A model generated the notes under the pieces. The model searched no databases. It was given only the letters and a program-made list of their open reading frames with translations, and was not told the origin of the DNA. Shown piece by piece: positions 39,078 through 47,881 of a stretch of DNA of 64,000 nucleotides (its first letter is position 1; every line of letters starts with the position of its first letter). Source of the stretch: Patescibacteria group bacterium (GTDB taxonomy: Bacteria > Patescibacteriota > Patescibacteriia > Magasanikbacterales > UBA922); NCBI GenBank assembly GCA_041651535.1, contig JBAZIZ010000001.1, forward strand, positions 6,011 to 70,010, given 5' to 3'. The translations under genes and the position numbers were made by a program.

Positions 39078-40187
39078 ATGGAAAATAAAAATTATCCAAA
39101 AATTGCTGTAATTTATCTGTTATATTATCACAATAAAACATATATTGATGATATGGTTTCAGCTTTAAAAAAAATAACTTATCCAAAAGATAAAATTGAA
39201 TTAGTAATTGTTAGCAATTTACACCCAACCGAAGGATCATTTGTTCATTATATTGAATCCGCTGTTTTACCTCTTTCTGGAAATGAAATTCCGCACACAA
39301 CTGTTTTAGCCCAAAATTCTAATTTAGGTTTTGCTAAAGGAAATAATGTTGGTGTAAAATGGGCGATAGAAAATAATTTTGATTATTGTATTTTTCATAA
39401 TAATGATGGTTTTTTTGCTAGTACAGCTTTAGAACCTCTAGTTGAAACTTTTGAAAAAGATGAAAAATTAGCAATTGCTCAGTCACTTATCATGCTCTAC
39501 CCAGAAACAAATTTATTAAATAGTGCTGGTAATTCTTTTCATTATTTAGGTTTTGGTTTTTGTGATAATTATCGTTTGGATGTAAAAGATTTGAATATTC
39601 CAGCCGAAAAGGAAATTGATTATGCGAGTGGCGCTTCTTTTATGGTTAAAACTGATTTAATAAAAAAATATGGAGGTTGGGATGATGATTTCTTTTTATA
39701 TCATGAAGATTTAGAATGGAGTTTTAGACTTCGTTGCCTTGGATATAAAATAAAATTAGTTAAAGATTCTGTCTTTTATCATAAATATAATTTTGGTCGT
39801 AGTATCGAAAAATTTTATTTTATGGAAAGAAACCGCCACGCAATAATGCTCATGTTTTTTAAATGGCCAACACTCATTTTACTTTTTCCAATGGCTTTTG
39901 TTTTGGAAATTGGTCTTTGGATTTTTAGTTTAAAAAATAAATATGCTAAAAAAAGATGGGAAGTTTATAAATATTGGTTTGATAGAAAGAATTTCATGTT
40001 GTGGTATAAAAAAAGACAGAGAGTGCAAAAAACTCGTGTTGTTTCTGATAGATATTTGTTAAAGTATTCTGTTTCAGAGATTTTATTTCAAGAAAATGAA
40101 ATGCAAAATCCTTTATTAAAATATATTGGTAATCCAATTATGAAATTATATTATTATATTGTAGTAAAAGGAATAATTTGGTGGTAG
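39078..40187 (+). CDS. Glycosyltransferase family 2
   Basis: NLGFAKGNN, HNND, ASGA, FLYHEDLE. Confidence 0.9.
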   Translation: MENKNYPKIAVIYLLYYHNKTYIDDMVSALKKITYPKDKIELVIVSNLHPTEGSFVHYIESAVLPLSGNEIPHTTVLAQNSNLGFAKGNNVGVKWAIENNFDYCIFHNNDGFFASTALEPLVETFEKDEKLAIAQSLIMLYPETNLLNSAGNSFHYLGFGFCDNYRLDVKDLNIPAEKEIDYASGASFMVKTDLIKKYGGWDDDFFLYHEDLEWSFRLRCLGYKIKLVKDSVFYHKYNFGRSIEKFYFMERNRHAIMLMFFKWPTLILLFPMAFVLEIGLWIFSLKNKYAKKRWEVYKYWFDRKNFMLWYKKRQRVQKTRVVSDRYLLKYSVSEILFQENEMQNPLLKYIGNPIMKLYYYIVVKGIIWW

Positions 40188-40220
40188 AAATTTTTTAAAG
40201 TTATAGTCTATAAATATTTT

Positions 40221-41306
40221 ATGAAAATTAAAAAAGCAATTTTGACTGGTGGGGGACGAGCGACTCGTCTGCATCCAATTACAACCACAATCAATAAACA
40301 CCTTTTACCATTGTCAAATAAACCAATGATTTTTCATGCTATTGAAAAAGCGGTTGAAGCTGGAATTACAGAAATATATATAAATACAAATCCAGGAGAT
40401 AATTCTTTACGTGAAGCGATAGGTGATGGAGCTCATTGGAACATAAAAATTGAATATTTTGAACAAACTGGTGGCCCACAAGGTATAGCTCATGTTGTTA
40501 ATGAAGCAAAGAAATTTATTGGCAATGAACCATTTATGTTTTATTTGTCAGATAATGTTTTTTTAGGAAGTTTAGTACCGATGTTTGAAGAATTTTATAA
40601 AGGAAATTATGATTGTATGTTAGCTTTATCACAAGTAAACGACCCACAAAGATTTGGCGTTCCTGTTTTTGATAATGATAATAAATTAATTGATGTTTGG
40701 GAAAAACCACAAAATCCACCAAATAATTTTGCTGTCACAGGACTTTATTTATATGGTCCAAAAATATTTTTTGATGCTTTTGATAAAATAGAAAAAAGTG
40801 ATCGGGGTGAATATGAAATTTCAAGCATTCATTCTTTGTTTTTAAAGAATGATAAAAAAGTTGGTTGTAAAGAAATTACTGGTTGGTGGAAAGATACTGG
40901 AAAAGTTGAAGATTTACTTATTGCTAATGGTTTGCTTATGGAAAAAATGTCACCAACAAATTTTCTTCAACAAGGAAAAATTGAAAATAAATTAAATTTA
41001 ACAGGTAATGTCCATATTGGTCATGGAAGTTTTGTGGCAGAAAATGTAAAAATAAATGGACCAGTAATTATTGGAGAAAATTGTATATTAGAAAATTGTT
41101 TTGTTGGTCCTAATGTTTCAATTGCTTCTGGTTGTATAATAAAAAATTGTCATATAGAAAATTCTATAATTTTATCAAATTGTGAAATTAATAGTGATTT
41201 ATATATAGCTAACAGTATTATCGGAAAAGAAGTTAAAATAATTAAAAAAGATTTGGCTGAACCAAAATCTTTGATAATCGGGGATAAAACAACTATTGAA
41301 ATTTAA
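40221..41306 (+). CDS. rfbA: Glucose-1-phosphate thymidylyltransferase, long form with LbH tail
   Basis: GGRATRLHPIT..NKHLLP, EKP, RGEYEI, WWKDTG, C-terminal hexapeptides. Confidence 0.88.
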   Translation: MKIKKAILTGGGRATRLHPITTTINKHLLPLSNKPMIFHAIEKAVEAGITEIYINTNPGDNSLREAIGDGAHWNIKIEYFEQTGGPQGIAHVVNEAKKFIGNEPFMFYLSDNVFLGSLVPMFEEFYKGNYDCMLALSQVNDPQRFGVPVFDNDNKLIDVWEKPQNPPNNFAVTGLYLYGPKIFFDAFDKIEKSDRGEYEISSIHSLFLKNDKKVGCKEITGWWKDTGKVEDLLIANGLLMEKMSPTNFLQQGKIENKLNLTGNVHIGHGSFVAENVKINGPVIIGENCILENCFVGPNVSIASGCIIKNCHIENSIILSNCEINSDLYIANSIIGKEVKIIKKDLAEPKSLIIGDKTTIEI

Positions 41307-41308
41307 TT

Positions 41309-42631
41309 TTAATAGTTTAATTGAAAAATTCCAGTTTGGTTTCCAATTTTTGCAAAAAAGAACAATGTTCTTTTTTTTGTTTGAGTAATTATATTTTTGA
41401 TTTCCGAATTATTTAACATCTCTGTAGTTATAAAATAACCAGGATTAAAAACTAAAAGTTTATCAGTCGTTTTTATTAAAAAATTTCCCTCATCGTCAAA
41501 AGATAAGACATCATTTATTTTATAACCGCCCCGATTGATAAGTTCAGTTTCTGCTTCAGAATTAATATTATTTATTTCCCAATCAGAATTGACTAAACAA
41601 TTTTTATCAAAAAAAATTAGATCTTTACCTGGTAAATAATTTTTTTTACCTATCTGTCCATTTTCTATTTTATAAACAATAGTTTCTTTATCACTTTGAG
41701 CAATGATTCTTTTTTCGTCCATTTCAATAATTTTTTCTATCTTATCATTTAAAAAATATTTTTTTTCACTTTCATTATTATTTATCAAAAACATTTTCTC
41801 ATCTAAAAACCAAAGATTTTCTTTATCGTCGACGTAAGTAATTTCAGAAGGAGCTTTTGTCAAAAGTGTAACAAGATTATTTTCTATTTTGTAAACAGTG
41901 TCTTCATTTTTAAGATAAGCTAAATTATTATTTCTTGTCCATTGAATTTCTAAATTTTCGCTTTGATTTTTTAGATCAATATTTATGACTTGTGGATTTA
42001 TATCTAAATTAATTAAATAATGTTTATTATTATCTTGAGTTTCAATGAAAGCTAAATTTTGGAAAAAAGAAAAAATTATTTTTGGTTCTTCTTTACTCTC
42101 AAAACTTAAAAGTAAATTTGTTTTTTCAAATTCTGAATTATAATTATAGATTTCAAATAAATTTTCTTTATGAGTTAAAATTAAAAAATTCGTAGCATTA
42201 TTTCCATAGATATTTACAATATTTTCTAAGTTTTCTAAAACTCGTAAAGGTAAATTTTCTTTGATTAAAGTGATATCTTTGATATAAGTTGTTTGGTTAC
42301 TACTGATCAAAATATTTTTTTCCCAAGTTTTATAACCATTTTTTTCGATTTTTAAATTATAAGTTCCAGGAATTTTTCCTGATAATCTTACTGGTATTTT
42401 CTTTTTTATTAAAACATTATTTAACAAAATTTGTGCATCTCGTGGTTTAATATCAATACTTAAAACTCCAGTTTTTTTGATTTTTTTTTCTTTGATATCA
42501 TAAGTATAACCAGAAGCATAAAAAATTAGCACTGGAGTTATAATAAAAAATGACAAAATTAGAGAAACCATAATAATTCTTCTAATTGTCTTGTTTAGAC
42601 GGGTTTTGTGATTGTAATAGTTATTTGCCAT
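41309..42631 (-). CDS. PEGA-domain membrane-anchored protein
   Basis: TM then TGVLSI..KP.DAQI.LN...PGTYNLKIEKNGY..WEK; beta-rich C-terminus. Confidence 0.8.
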   Translation of the reverse strand: MANNYYNHKTRLNKTIRRIIMVSLILSFFIITPVLIFYASGYTYDIKEKKIKKTGVLSIDIKPRDAQILLNNVLIKKKIPVRLSGKIPGTYNLKIEKNGYKTWEKNILISSNQTTYIKDITLIKENLPLRVLENLENIVNIYGNNATNFLILTHKENLFEIYNYNSEFEKTNLLLSFESKEEPKIIFSFFQNLAFIETQDNNKHYLINLDINPQVINIDLKNQSENLEIQWTRNNNLAYLKNEDTVYKIENNLVTLLTKAPSEITYVDDKENLWFLDEKMFLINNNESEKKYFLNDKIEKIIEMDEKRIIAQSDKETIVYKIENGQIGKKNYLPGKDLIFFDKNCLVNSDWEINNINSEAETELINRGGYKINDVLSFDDEGNFLIKTTDKLLVFNPGYFITTEMLNNSEIKNIITQTKKRTLFFFAKIGNQTGIFQLNY

Positions 42632-42653
42632 ATGTTTGTTTTTACGGTATAAT
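42625..42653 (+). promoter_or_regulatory. Promoter for murA overlapping the start codon of the divergent PEGA gene
   Basis: TTGCCA-N17-TATAAT. Confidence 0.65.
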
Positions 42654-42686
42654 AATAACGTTTTTTAAGATAAAAATCAATATTAT

Positions 42687-43940
42687 ATGAGAAAATTAGT
42701 CATAGATGGCGGAAAAAAATTTTCGGGAATTTTGGAAGTAAGTGGCTCAAAAAATTCTGCTTTGCCTATTTTAGTTGCAGTTTTGATTGAAAAAGGCGAG
42801 TATGATTTAAAAAATATTCCTGATTTATCTGATATAAAAACTTTAATTGAACTTTTGGAAAATCATGGTTTAATTGTTGAGAAAAAATCAAAAAATCATT
42901 ATAAAATTATAAATAAAGGAATAAAAAATATTGTTGCTCCTTATGAAATAGTTTCAAAAATGCGAGCATCTTTTTTAGTTTTAGGAGCAATTTTAGCAAA
43001 TAAGAAAAAAGCCAAAGTTTCTTTACCAGGAGGTTGTGCTATTGGTTCTCGACCAGTTGATTTACATTTAAAATCTTTAGAAAAATTAGGAGCAAAAATA
43101 AAAATTGAACATGGTTATGTAGAAGCAGAAGCAGAAAAATTACATGGTGCTGAAATAAAATTAGATATTGCGAGTGTTGGAGCTACTGAACATATTATTT
43201 TAGTAGCAGTAAAAGCAGAAGGTATCACAAAAATAATTAATGCAGCCAGAGAACCAGAAATTATAGATTTATGTAATTTTTTAAATAAAATGGGAGCAAA
43301 AATAACTGGCGGAGGAGAAAGCGAAATTAAAATTGAAGGAGTAAAAAAATTAAATCCTAGTTCTTATTCTATAATTTATGATCGAATAGAAGCTGGTACT
43401 TTTATTATTTTAAGTTTAATTACCGGAACAAAAATAAAAATAAAAAATGTTTTTCCAGAACATCTAAAAGGTTTTATAGATATTTTAAATAAAATGGGAG
43501 TAATTTTTGAAATAAAAAATAATTTATTTGAAATAAAATCTGATTTAAAAAGACTTAAAGCTGTAAAATTTAATACTGATTTTTTTCCCGGATTTCCTAC
43601 AGATCTCCAAGCTCAAATGATGGTTTTATTAAGTTTAGTTTCTGGAAAAAGTGAAATAACTGAAAAAATATTTGAAAATCGTTTTATGCATATACCTGAA
43701 TTAAATCGTTTAGGAGCAAAAATAAAAATTGATGGACAAACTGCTATTATTGAAGGATCTTGTAAATTTGCTGGTGCAGAAGTAATGGCTACAGATTTGA
43801 GAGCTGGTGCAGCTTTATTTCTAGCAGCTTCAGTAGCTGAAGGAAAAACTGTGATAAATAATATTGAACATATTGAAAGAGGTTATGAAAATATAGTAAA
43901 AAAATTAAAAAAAATTGGAGTAAAAATAAAAATAATTTGA
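42687..43940 (+). CDS. murA: UDP-N-acetylglucosamine 1-carboxyvinyltransferase
   Basis: SGSKNSALP, MRAS, PGGCAIGSRPVDLH, PGFPTDLQ, FENRF, DLRAGA. Confidence 0.96.
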   Translation: MRKLVIDGGKKFSGILEVSGSKNSALPILVAVLIEKGEYDLKNIPDLSDIKTLIELLENHGLIVEKKSKNHYKIINKGIKNIVAPYEIVSKMRASFLVLGAILANKKKAKVSLPGGCAIGSRPVDLHLKSLEKLGAKIKIEHGYVEAEAEKLHGAEIKLDIASVGATEHIILVAVKAEGITKIINAAREPEIIDLCNFLNKMGAKITGGGESEIKIEGVKKLNPSSYSIIYDRIEAGTFIILSLITGTKIKIKNVFPEHLKGFIDILNKMGVIFEIKNNLFEIKSDLKRLKAVKFNTDFFPGFPTDLQAQMMVLLSLVSGKSEITEKIFENRFMHIPELNRLGAKIKIDGQTAIIEGSCKFAGAEVMATDLRAGAALFLAASVAEGKTVINNIEHIERGYENIVKKLKKIGVKIKII

Positions 43941-43971
43941 TGTTCTTTTTGAATTTGAAAAGGAGGAAAAA

Positions 43972-44187
43972 ATGTCTGATTTTGAAAATGGAACTGCAAA
44001 AGAAGAAAGAATGTTTGGGGGAACATTGATTGACAAGAAAATCATGTCTTGTCAAAACAAGGCATGTTCTGTATTTGAAAATTCTTCATCACATTTTGTG
44101 GTGAAGATAAAAAGTAGATTTTTTGCTTTCTGTCCAATTTGTGAAAAAGGGACAGAAATAAAAAATTACAAAAAGGATGGGGGGTAA
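43972..44187 (+). CDS. Small orphan protein with Zn-ribbon-like cysteines
   Basis: AAGGAGG SD; CQNKAC...CPIC; hairpin over the stop. Confidence 0.6.
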   Translation: MSDFENGTAKEERMFGGTLIDKKIMSCQNKACSVFENSSSHFVVKIKSRFFAFCPICEKGTEIKNYKKDGG

Positions 44188-44220
44188 TGGAGGCCCTCAT
44201 CCTTAAACAATTTAATTATT

Positions 44221-45462
44221 ATGAATAAAAAAATAAAAATAGTTTTAATTGCGATTTTATTATTAGCTGTTTTTGCTGTTGGAGTTTTGTTTGGAATAAA
44301 TTATGGTGTCAAAGATGCTTTATTTAATGAATCTGGAGAAGTAGAAATTTCAAAAGTTTTAAATTTATATAGTAACACCAGAAAAGATTCAGTAGATTTT
44401 GAACAGTTTTGGAAAGTTTGGGATAAAATACATAAAGATTATGTAGATCCTCAAAAAATAAATGATACTAAACTTTTTTATAGCGCTGTATCTGGAATGA
44501 TCGCTGGTTTAGAAGATCCATATTCAGTTTATTTTTCTCCAGAAAAAGCAGCTGAATTTACAGAAACTTTATCAGGAGAATTTGAAGGAATCGGAGCTGA
44601 ATTAGCAATTAAAGATAATAAGTTGATAGTTGTTGCTCCATTACCAGATTCACCAGCAGAAAAAACTGGATTAAAATCAGGTGATATAATTTTAGCTATT
44701 GATGAAAATGATGTTTATGGACTTAGTGTTGAAGAAGCTGTGGCTAAAATAAAAGGCGAAAAAGGAACAATAGTAAAATTAAAAATTGCTCGAGGCGAAG
44801 AAATTTTTGATTTAGAAATTACTCGTGAAGTCTTAAATCGTCCAACAATTTATCTTGAAGAAAAAAAAGATGGAATATTTTATTTAAGCATTAGTGATTT
44901 TAATGAAAAAACTTGGGATGAATTTGAAAAAAATATAAAAAAAGTTATCGAAGAAAATCAAAAAATAAAAGCGATAATTTTAGATTTACGTTCTAATCCG
45001 GGTGGTTTTTTGGATACAGCAGTAAAAATTTCAAGTGAATGGATTGAAAATGGAGTTATTGTTTCAGAAAAATTTAATGATAACAAAGAAAATGTTTATG
45101 AAACAATTGGAAATCATCGTTTAAAAAATATAAAAACAATTGTCTTAATTGATGAAGGAACTGCTTCTAGTGCAGAAATAGTTGCTGGTGCTTTGCAAGA
45201 TCAAGAAAAAGCAACTGTAATTGGTAAAAAGTCTTTTGGTAAAGGTTCTGTTCAAGAATATGAAATTTTGCTTGATGGATCAGCTTTAAAATTAACTATT
45301 GCGAAATGGTTTACACCAAATGGAACTGCGATTGACGGAATCGGTATAAAACCTAATATTGAAGTTGAGGAGATGTTTATCCAAAAAGATGGAACTAGTG
45401 GGGATAAAGTGGAGGATTATATTGATGTTGGTTTAGAAAAAGCAATGGAATTATTAAATTAA
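44221..45462 (+). CDS. ctpA: Carboxyl-terminal processing protease (S41A)
   Basis: DPYS, FEGIG PDZ, DLRSNPGG, ASSAEI, SFGKGSVQ. Confidence 0.93.
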   Translation: MNKKIKIVLIAILLLAVFAVGVLFGINYGVKDALFNESGEVEISKVLNLYSNTRKDSVDFEQFWKVWDKIHKDYVDPQKINDTKLFYSAVSGMIAGLEDPYSVYFSPEKAAEFTETLSGEFEGIGAELAIKDNKLIVVAPLPDSPAEKTGLKSGDIILAIDENDVYGLSVEEAVAKIKGEKGTIVKLKIARGEEIFDLEITREVLNRPTIYLEEKKDGIFYLSISDFNEKTWDEFEKNIKKVIEENQKIKAIILDLRSNPGGFLDTAVKISSEWIENGVIVSEKFNDNKENVYETIGNHRLKNIKTIVLIDEGTASSAEIVAGALQDQEKATVIGKKSFGKGSVQEYEILLDGSALKLTIAKWFTPNGTAIDGIGIKPNIEVEEMFIQKDGTSGDKVEDYIDVGLEKAMELLN

Positions 45463-45491
45463 GATTTTCGATTTACGATTTTAGATTTAAA
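45457..45491 (+). repeat. Solo heptamer array after ctpA stop
   Basis: aattaag attttcg atttacg attttag atttaaa. Confidence 0.7.
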
Positions 45492-45516
45492 AAATCCGCA
45501 ACCAGCGGATTTTTTT
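45489..45516. terminator. Bidirectional intrinsic terminator
   Basis: aaaaaatccgc aacca gcggattttttt. Confidence 0.8.
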
Positions 45517-45597
45517 GTAAAAAAAGAAAAGACTGAAATGCTCTGGCAACTTATTTGTTGTAGAGACTCCAGTCTTTGTTTCGAAGTGAGAGAAAGT

Positions 45598-45819
45598 TTA
45601 TAGGAATTCCACCGTGATTTTTTTCACAGTTTTATTTTTCGGTATAGCAAAAAAATTTCTTTCTTTGTTTACTGCAAACTCTTGTCTCATGCCGTTTTCA
45701 TGAGTCAAAGAGACTATCGGTCGCCTGTTGAGAAAATTTTTGGCTCCTTCTCCTTCAACGGTAAGTACCCCCATTCCTTCTGTTTCATCTTCGGAAATTT
45801 TTATGATTATTTTTTCCAT
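45598..45819 (-). CDS. Small orphan protein
   Basis: AGGAG SD, own promoter, long 3' hairpin plus T tract. Confidence 0.6.
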   Translation of the reverse strand: MEKIIIKISEDETEGMGVLTVEGEGAKNFLNRRPIVSLTHENGMRQEFAVNKERNFFAIPKNKTVKKITVEFL

Positions 45820-45885
45820 GATTTCTCCTGTTTTTTATTGTGGTTGTCTCCACTAAAAGTTTTTAAAAGATCAAAATAACAAACA

Positions 45886-45914
45886 AATATATCATATTTT
45901 TTACCTTTTGTCAA
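45886..45914 (-). promoter_or_regulatory. Sigma70-type promoter of orphan gene
   Basis: TTGACA-N17-TATATT with extended TG on the minus strand. Confidence 0.7.
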
Positions 45915-46021
45915 GTATTTATCTAACTTTTTGCTTATTTTTACCTTATTTTAGGTAAATTTTGAGGGTATAAATGAATAAAAATAGAGAGGAATAAACA
46001 GAAAAATAGACTGATAATCAT

Positions 46022-46183
46022 TTTGTCATTTCGTAATGAGCGAACGAAGAGAGTGAGTGGAGAAATCCCCCTGCCTGCCGGCAGGCAGGTTAAACTTTTT
46101 TAAATCAAAATAATTTATTTTTAAAATGATTAGTAATAAATCAATATTTAAGGGATATCTTCGCTTCGCTACGGTATGACAAA
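46022..46183. mobile_element. REP/MITE-like element with TGTCAT...ATGACA termini, containing the 20-bp palindrome
   Basis: tttgtcat..gagcgaacgaaga..gagaaatccc / gggatatcttcgcttcgct..atgacaaa imperfect inverted ends. Confidence 0.55.
46070..46089. repeat. Perfect 20-bp palindrome CCTGCCTGCCGGCAGGCAGG
   Basis: Exactly self-reverse-complementary. Confidence 0.95.
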
Positions 46184-46253
46184 GTGATTGGAAATTTGAT
46201 TTAAAGAGTGTTTGTATTTCAAGCTTGTTTATTGAATCAAAAAAGATTTTAAA

Positions 46254-46288
46254 AAATCTTAAATCAAAAATTATGAATCTAAAATTAA
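46254..46288 (-). repeat. Heptamer array in inverted orientation
   Basis: aaatctt aaatcaa aaattat gaatcta aaattaa. Confidence 0.6.
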
Positions 46289-46376
46289 AAAACAACCATA
46301 TTTCAGATTGTTTTATTTTAAATAAAATCTTATCTGCTTACAGGCTTAATAGCTTACCTGCTTTCATTTTTAAAAC

Positions 46377-46403
46377 AAAAAACCTGCTTTAAACAGATTT
46401 TTT
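46377..46403 (-). terminator. Terminator after era
   Basis: Minus strand aaaaaatctg tttaaag caggtttttt. Confidence 0.6.
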
Positions 46404-46421
46404 GACTTTTTCCTTTTGACT

Positions 46422-47276
46422 TTAGATCCTCTCGACCCAATGTTTATCAACTTCTACTTCTAATTCCAAAAATATTTTTTTATTTAATGCTTGTTCCAAT
46501 TCACGTCTAGCCATTTTTCCAATTTCTTTTATTTTTTGTCCATTTCTACCTATAATAATTTTTTTATATCTCTCATCCGCTGTCAAAATTCGAGCTTGAA
46601 TAAGTAAAATATCTTTTTTATCTTCAATATTATCAACTTCTACAGTAATTGAATAAGGAACTTCTTTATCAAAAACTGAAAAAATCTTTTCTCTGATTAT
46701 TTCGGCTATCCAAAAATGTTCATTAATGTTAGTGATTTGTTTTTCATCATCATACATTTTTAAATCATTTTCTGGTAAAAGTTCAAAAACTTTTTCTTTT
46801 AGAGGTTGGATATGACGAGCTTTTAAAGCAGATAATTCCATAACTGCATTAAAATTTTCTGCCCAGTTTTTATAATCATCTAAATATTTTTTATCTGTTT
46901 CTGATAAATCACTTTTATTTATTACAAGAATTTTTGGAATTTCTAAATGACGAATCAACCCAAAAGAATATTTTTCTTCGTCACCAATTTCTCGGGTGGG
47001 ATCAACAACATAAATTATTAAATCTACACCCTCTAGAGCTTCTTTTGCTTTTTCAATAAGTCTTCCTGTTAATGAACTTTTTTTATCTTTAAAAATTCCA
47101 GGGGTATCAACAAAAACAATTTGTCCTTGTTTATCATTGACTATTCCATGAATAACTTGTCGTGTCATTTGAGCACGAAAACTGGTAGCCGAAATTTTTG
47201 TACCGACTAAAGTATTGATTAAAGTAGATTTTCCGACATTTGATCTGCCGATTAAGATAGCAAAACCTGATTTCAT
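46422..47276 (-). CDS. era: GTPase Era
   Basis: GRSNVGKSTL, DTPG, NKSD, KH domain IIGRNGQKIKEIG. Confidence 0.95.
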   Translation of the reverse strand: MKSGFAILIGRSNVGKSTLINTLVGTKISATSFRAQMTRQVIHGIVNDKQGQIVFVDTPGIFKDKKSSLTGRLIEKAKEALEGVDLIIYVVDPTREIGDEEKYSFGLIRHLEIPKILVINKSDLSETDKKYLDDYKNWAENFNAVMELSALKARHIQPLKEKVFELLPENDLKMYDDEKQITNINEHFWIAEIIREKIFSVFDKEVPYSITVEVDNIEDKKDILLIQARILTADERYKKIIIGRNGQKIKEIGKMARRELEQALNKKIFLELEVEVDKHWVERI

Positions 47277-47372
47277 AATTTAATTATTTATTAAAGTTTG
47301 TCCACTATACCTTAAATTTGTCTAAAAATCAAGTTTATGATAAAATATAGGGGATAAAAATAAATGTGCTTT

Positions 47373-47816
47373 ATGAAAATTATTTTAACTCAAGATGTAA
47401 AAGGTACTGGTAAAAAAGGAGAAATCAAAGAAGTTTCTGAAGGATTTGCTAGAAATTTTTTGATTAACAAAAAATTAGCGCAAATAGCCACAAAAGATAT
47501 TTTATTAAAAGAACAAGCAAAAACACAAAAACAAAATAAAGAAAAAGAAAAACAAAATCTTGATCTACAAAAACAATTTTCTCGAGTTAATAAACAAAAA
47601 ATTTATATCTCAGAAAAAGTAAATGATAAAAATATTCTATATGCAACTATTGATGAAAAAAGAATAATTGAAGAATTACAAAAACAATTAAAAGCAACTA
47701 TTGAAAAAAAACAAATTACAATGGAACATATAAAACAAATTGGTGATTATAAAATAAAAATAGATTTTGCAGGTGGATTGTCAGCAATTTTATTTGTTTT
47801 AGTGTCAAAAGAATAA
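47373..47816 (+). CDS. rplI: 50S ribosomal protein L9
   Basis: [30 protein letters not shown]. Confidence 0.95.
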   Translation: MKIILTQDVKGTGKKGEIKEVSEGFARNFLINKKLAQIATKDILLKEQAKTQKQNKEKEKQNLDLQKQFSRVNKQKIYISEKVNDKNILYATIDEKRIIEELQKQLKATIEKKQITMEHIKQIGDYKIKIDFAGGLSAILFVLVSKE

Positions 47817-47881
47817 ATCCTCAATAAAAGAGGATTTTTATAATAAAATTTTTACTTAAAATATTTCAAATAATTTTAAAT

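Noticed and set aside
43938-43940. UGA recoding (genetic code 25) at the murA stop
   Set aside because: All conserved genes are full length under code 11 and MurA is complete at this TGA
46026-46295. 89-aa minus-strand ORF containing LPAGRQG
   Set aside because: It is a translation of the heptamer array, REP-like element and palindrome, with no SD or protein motif
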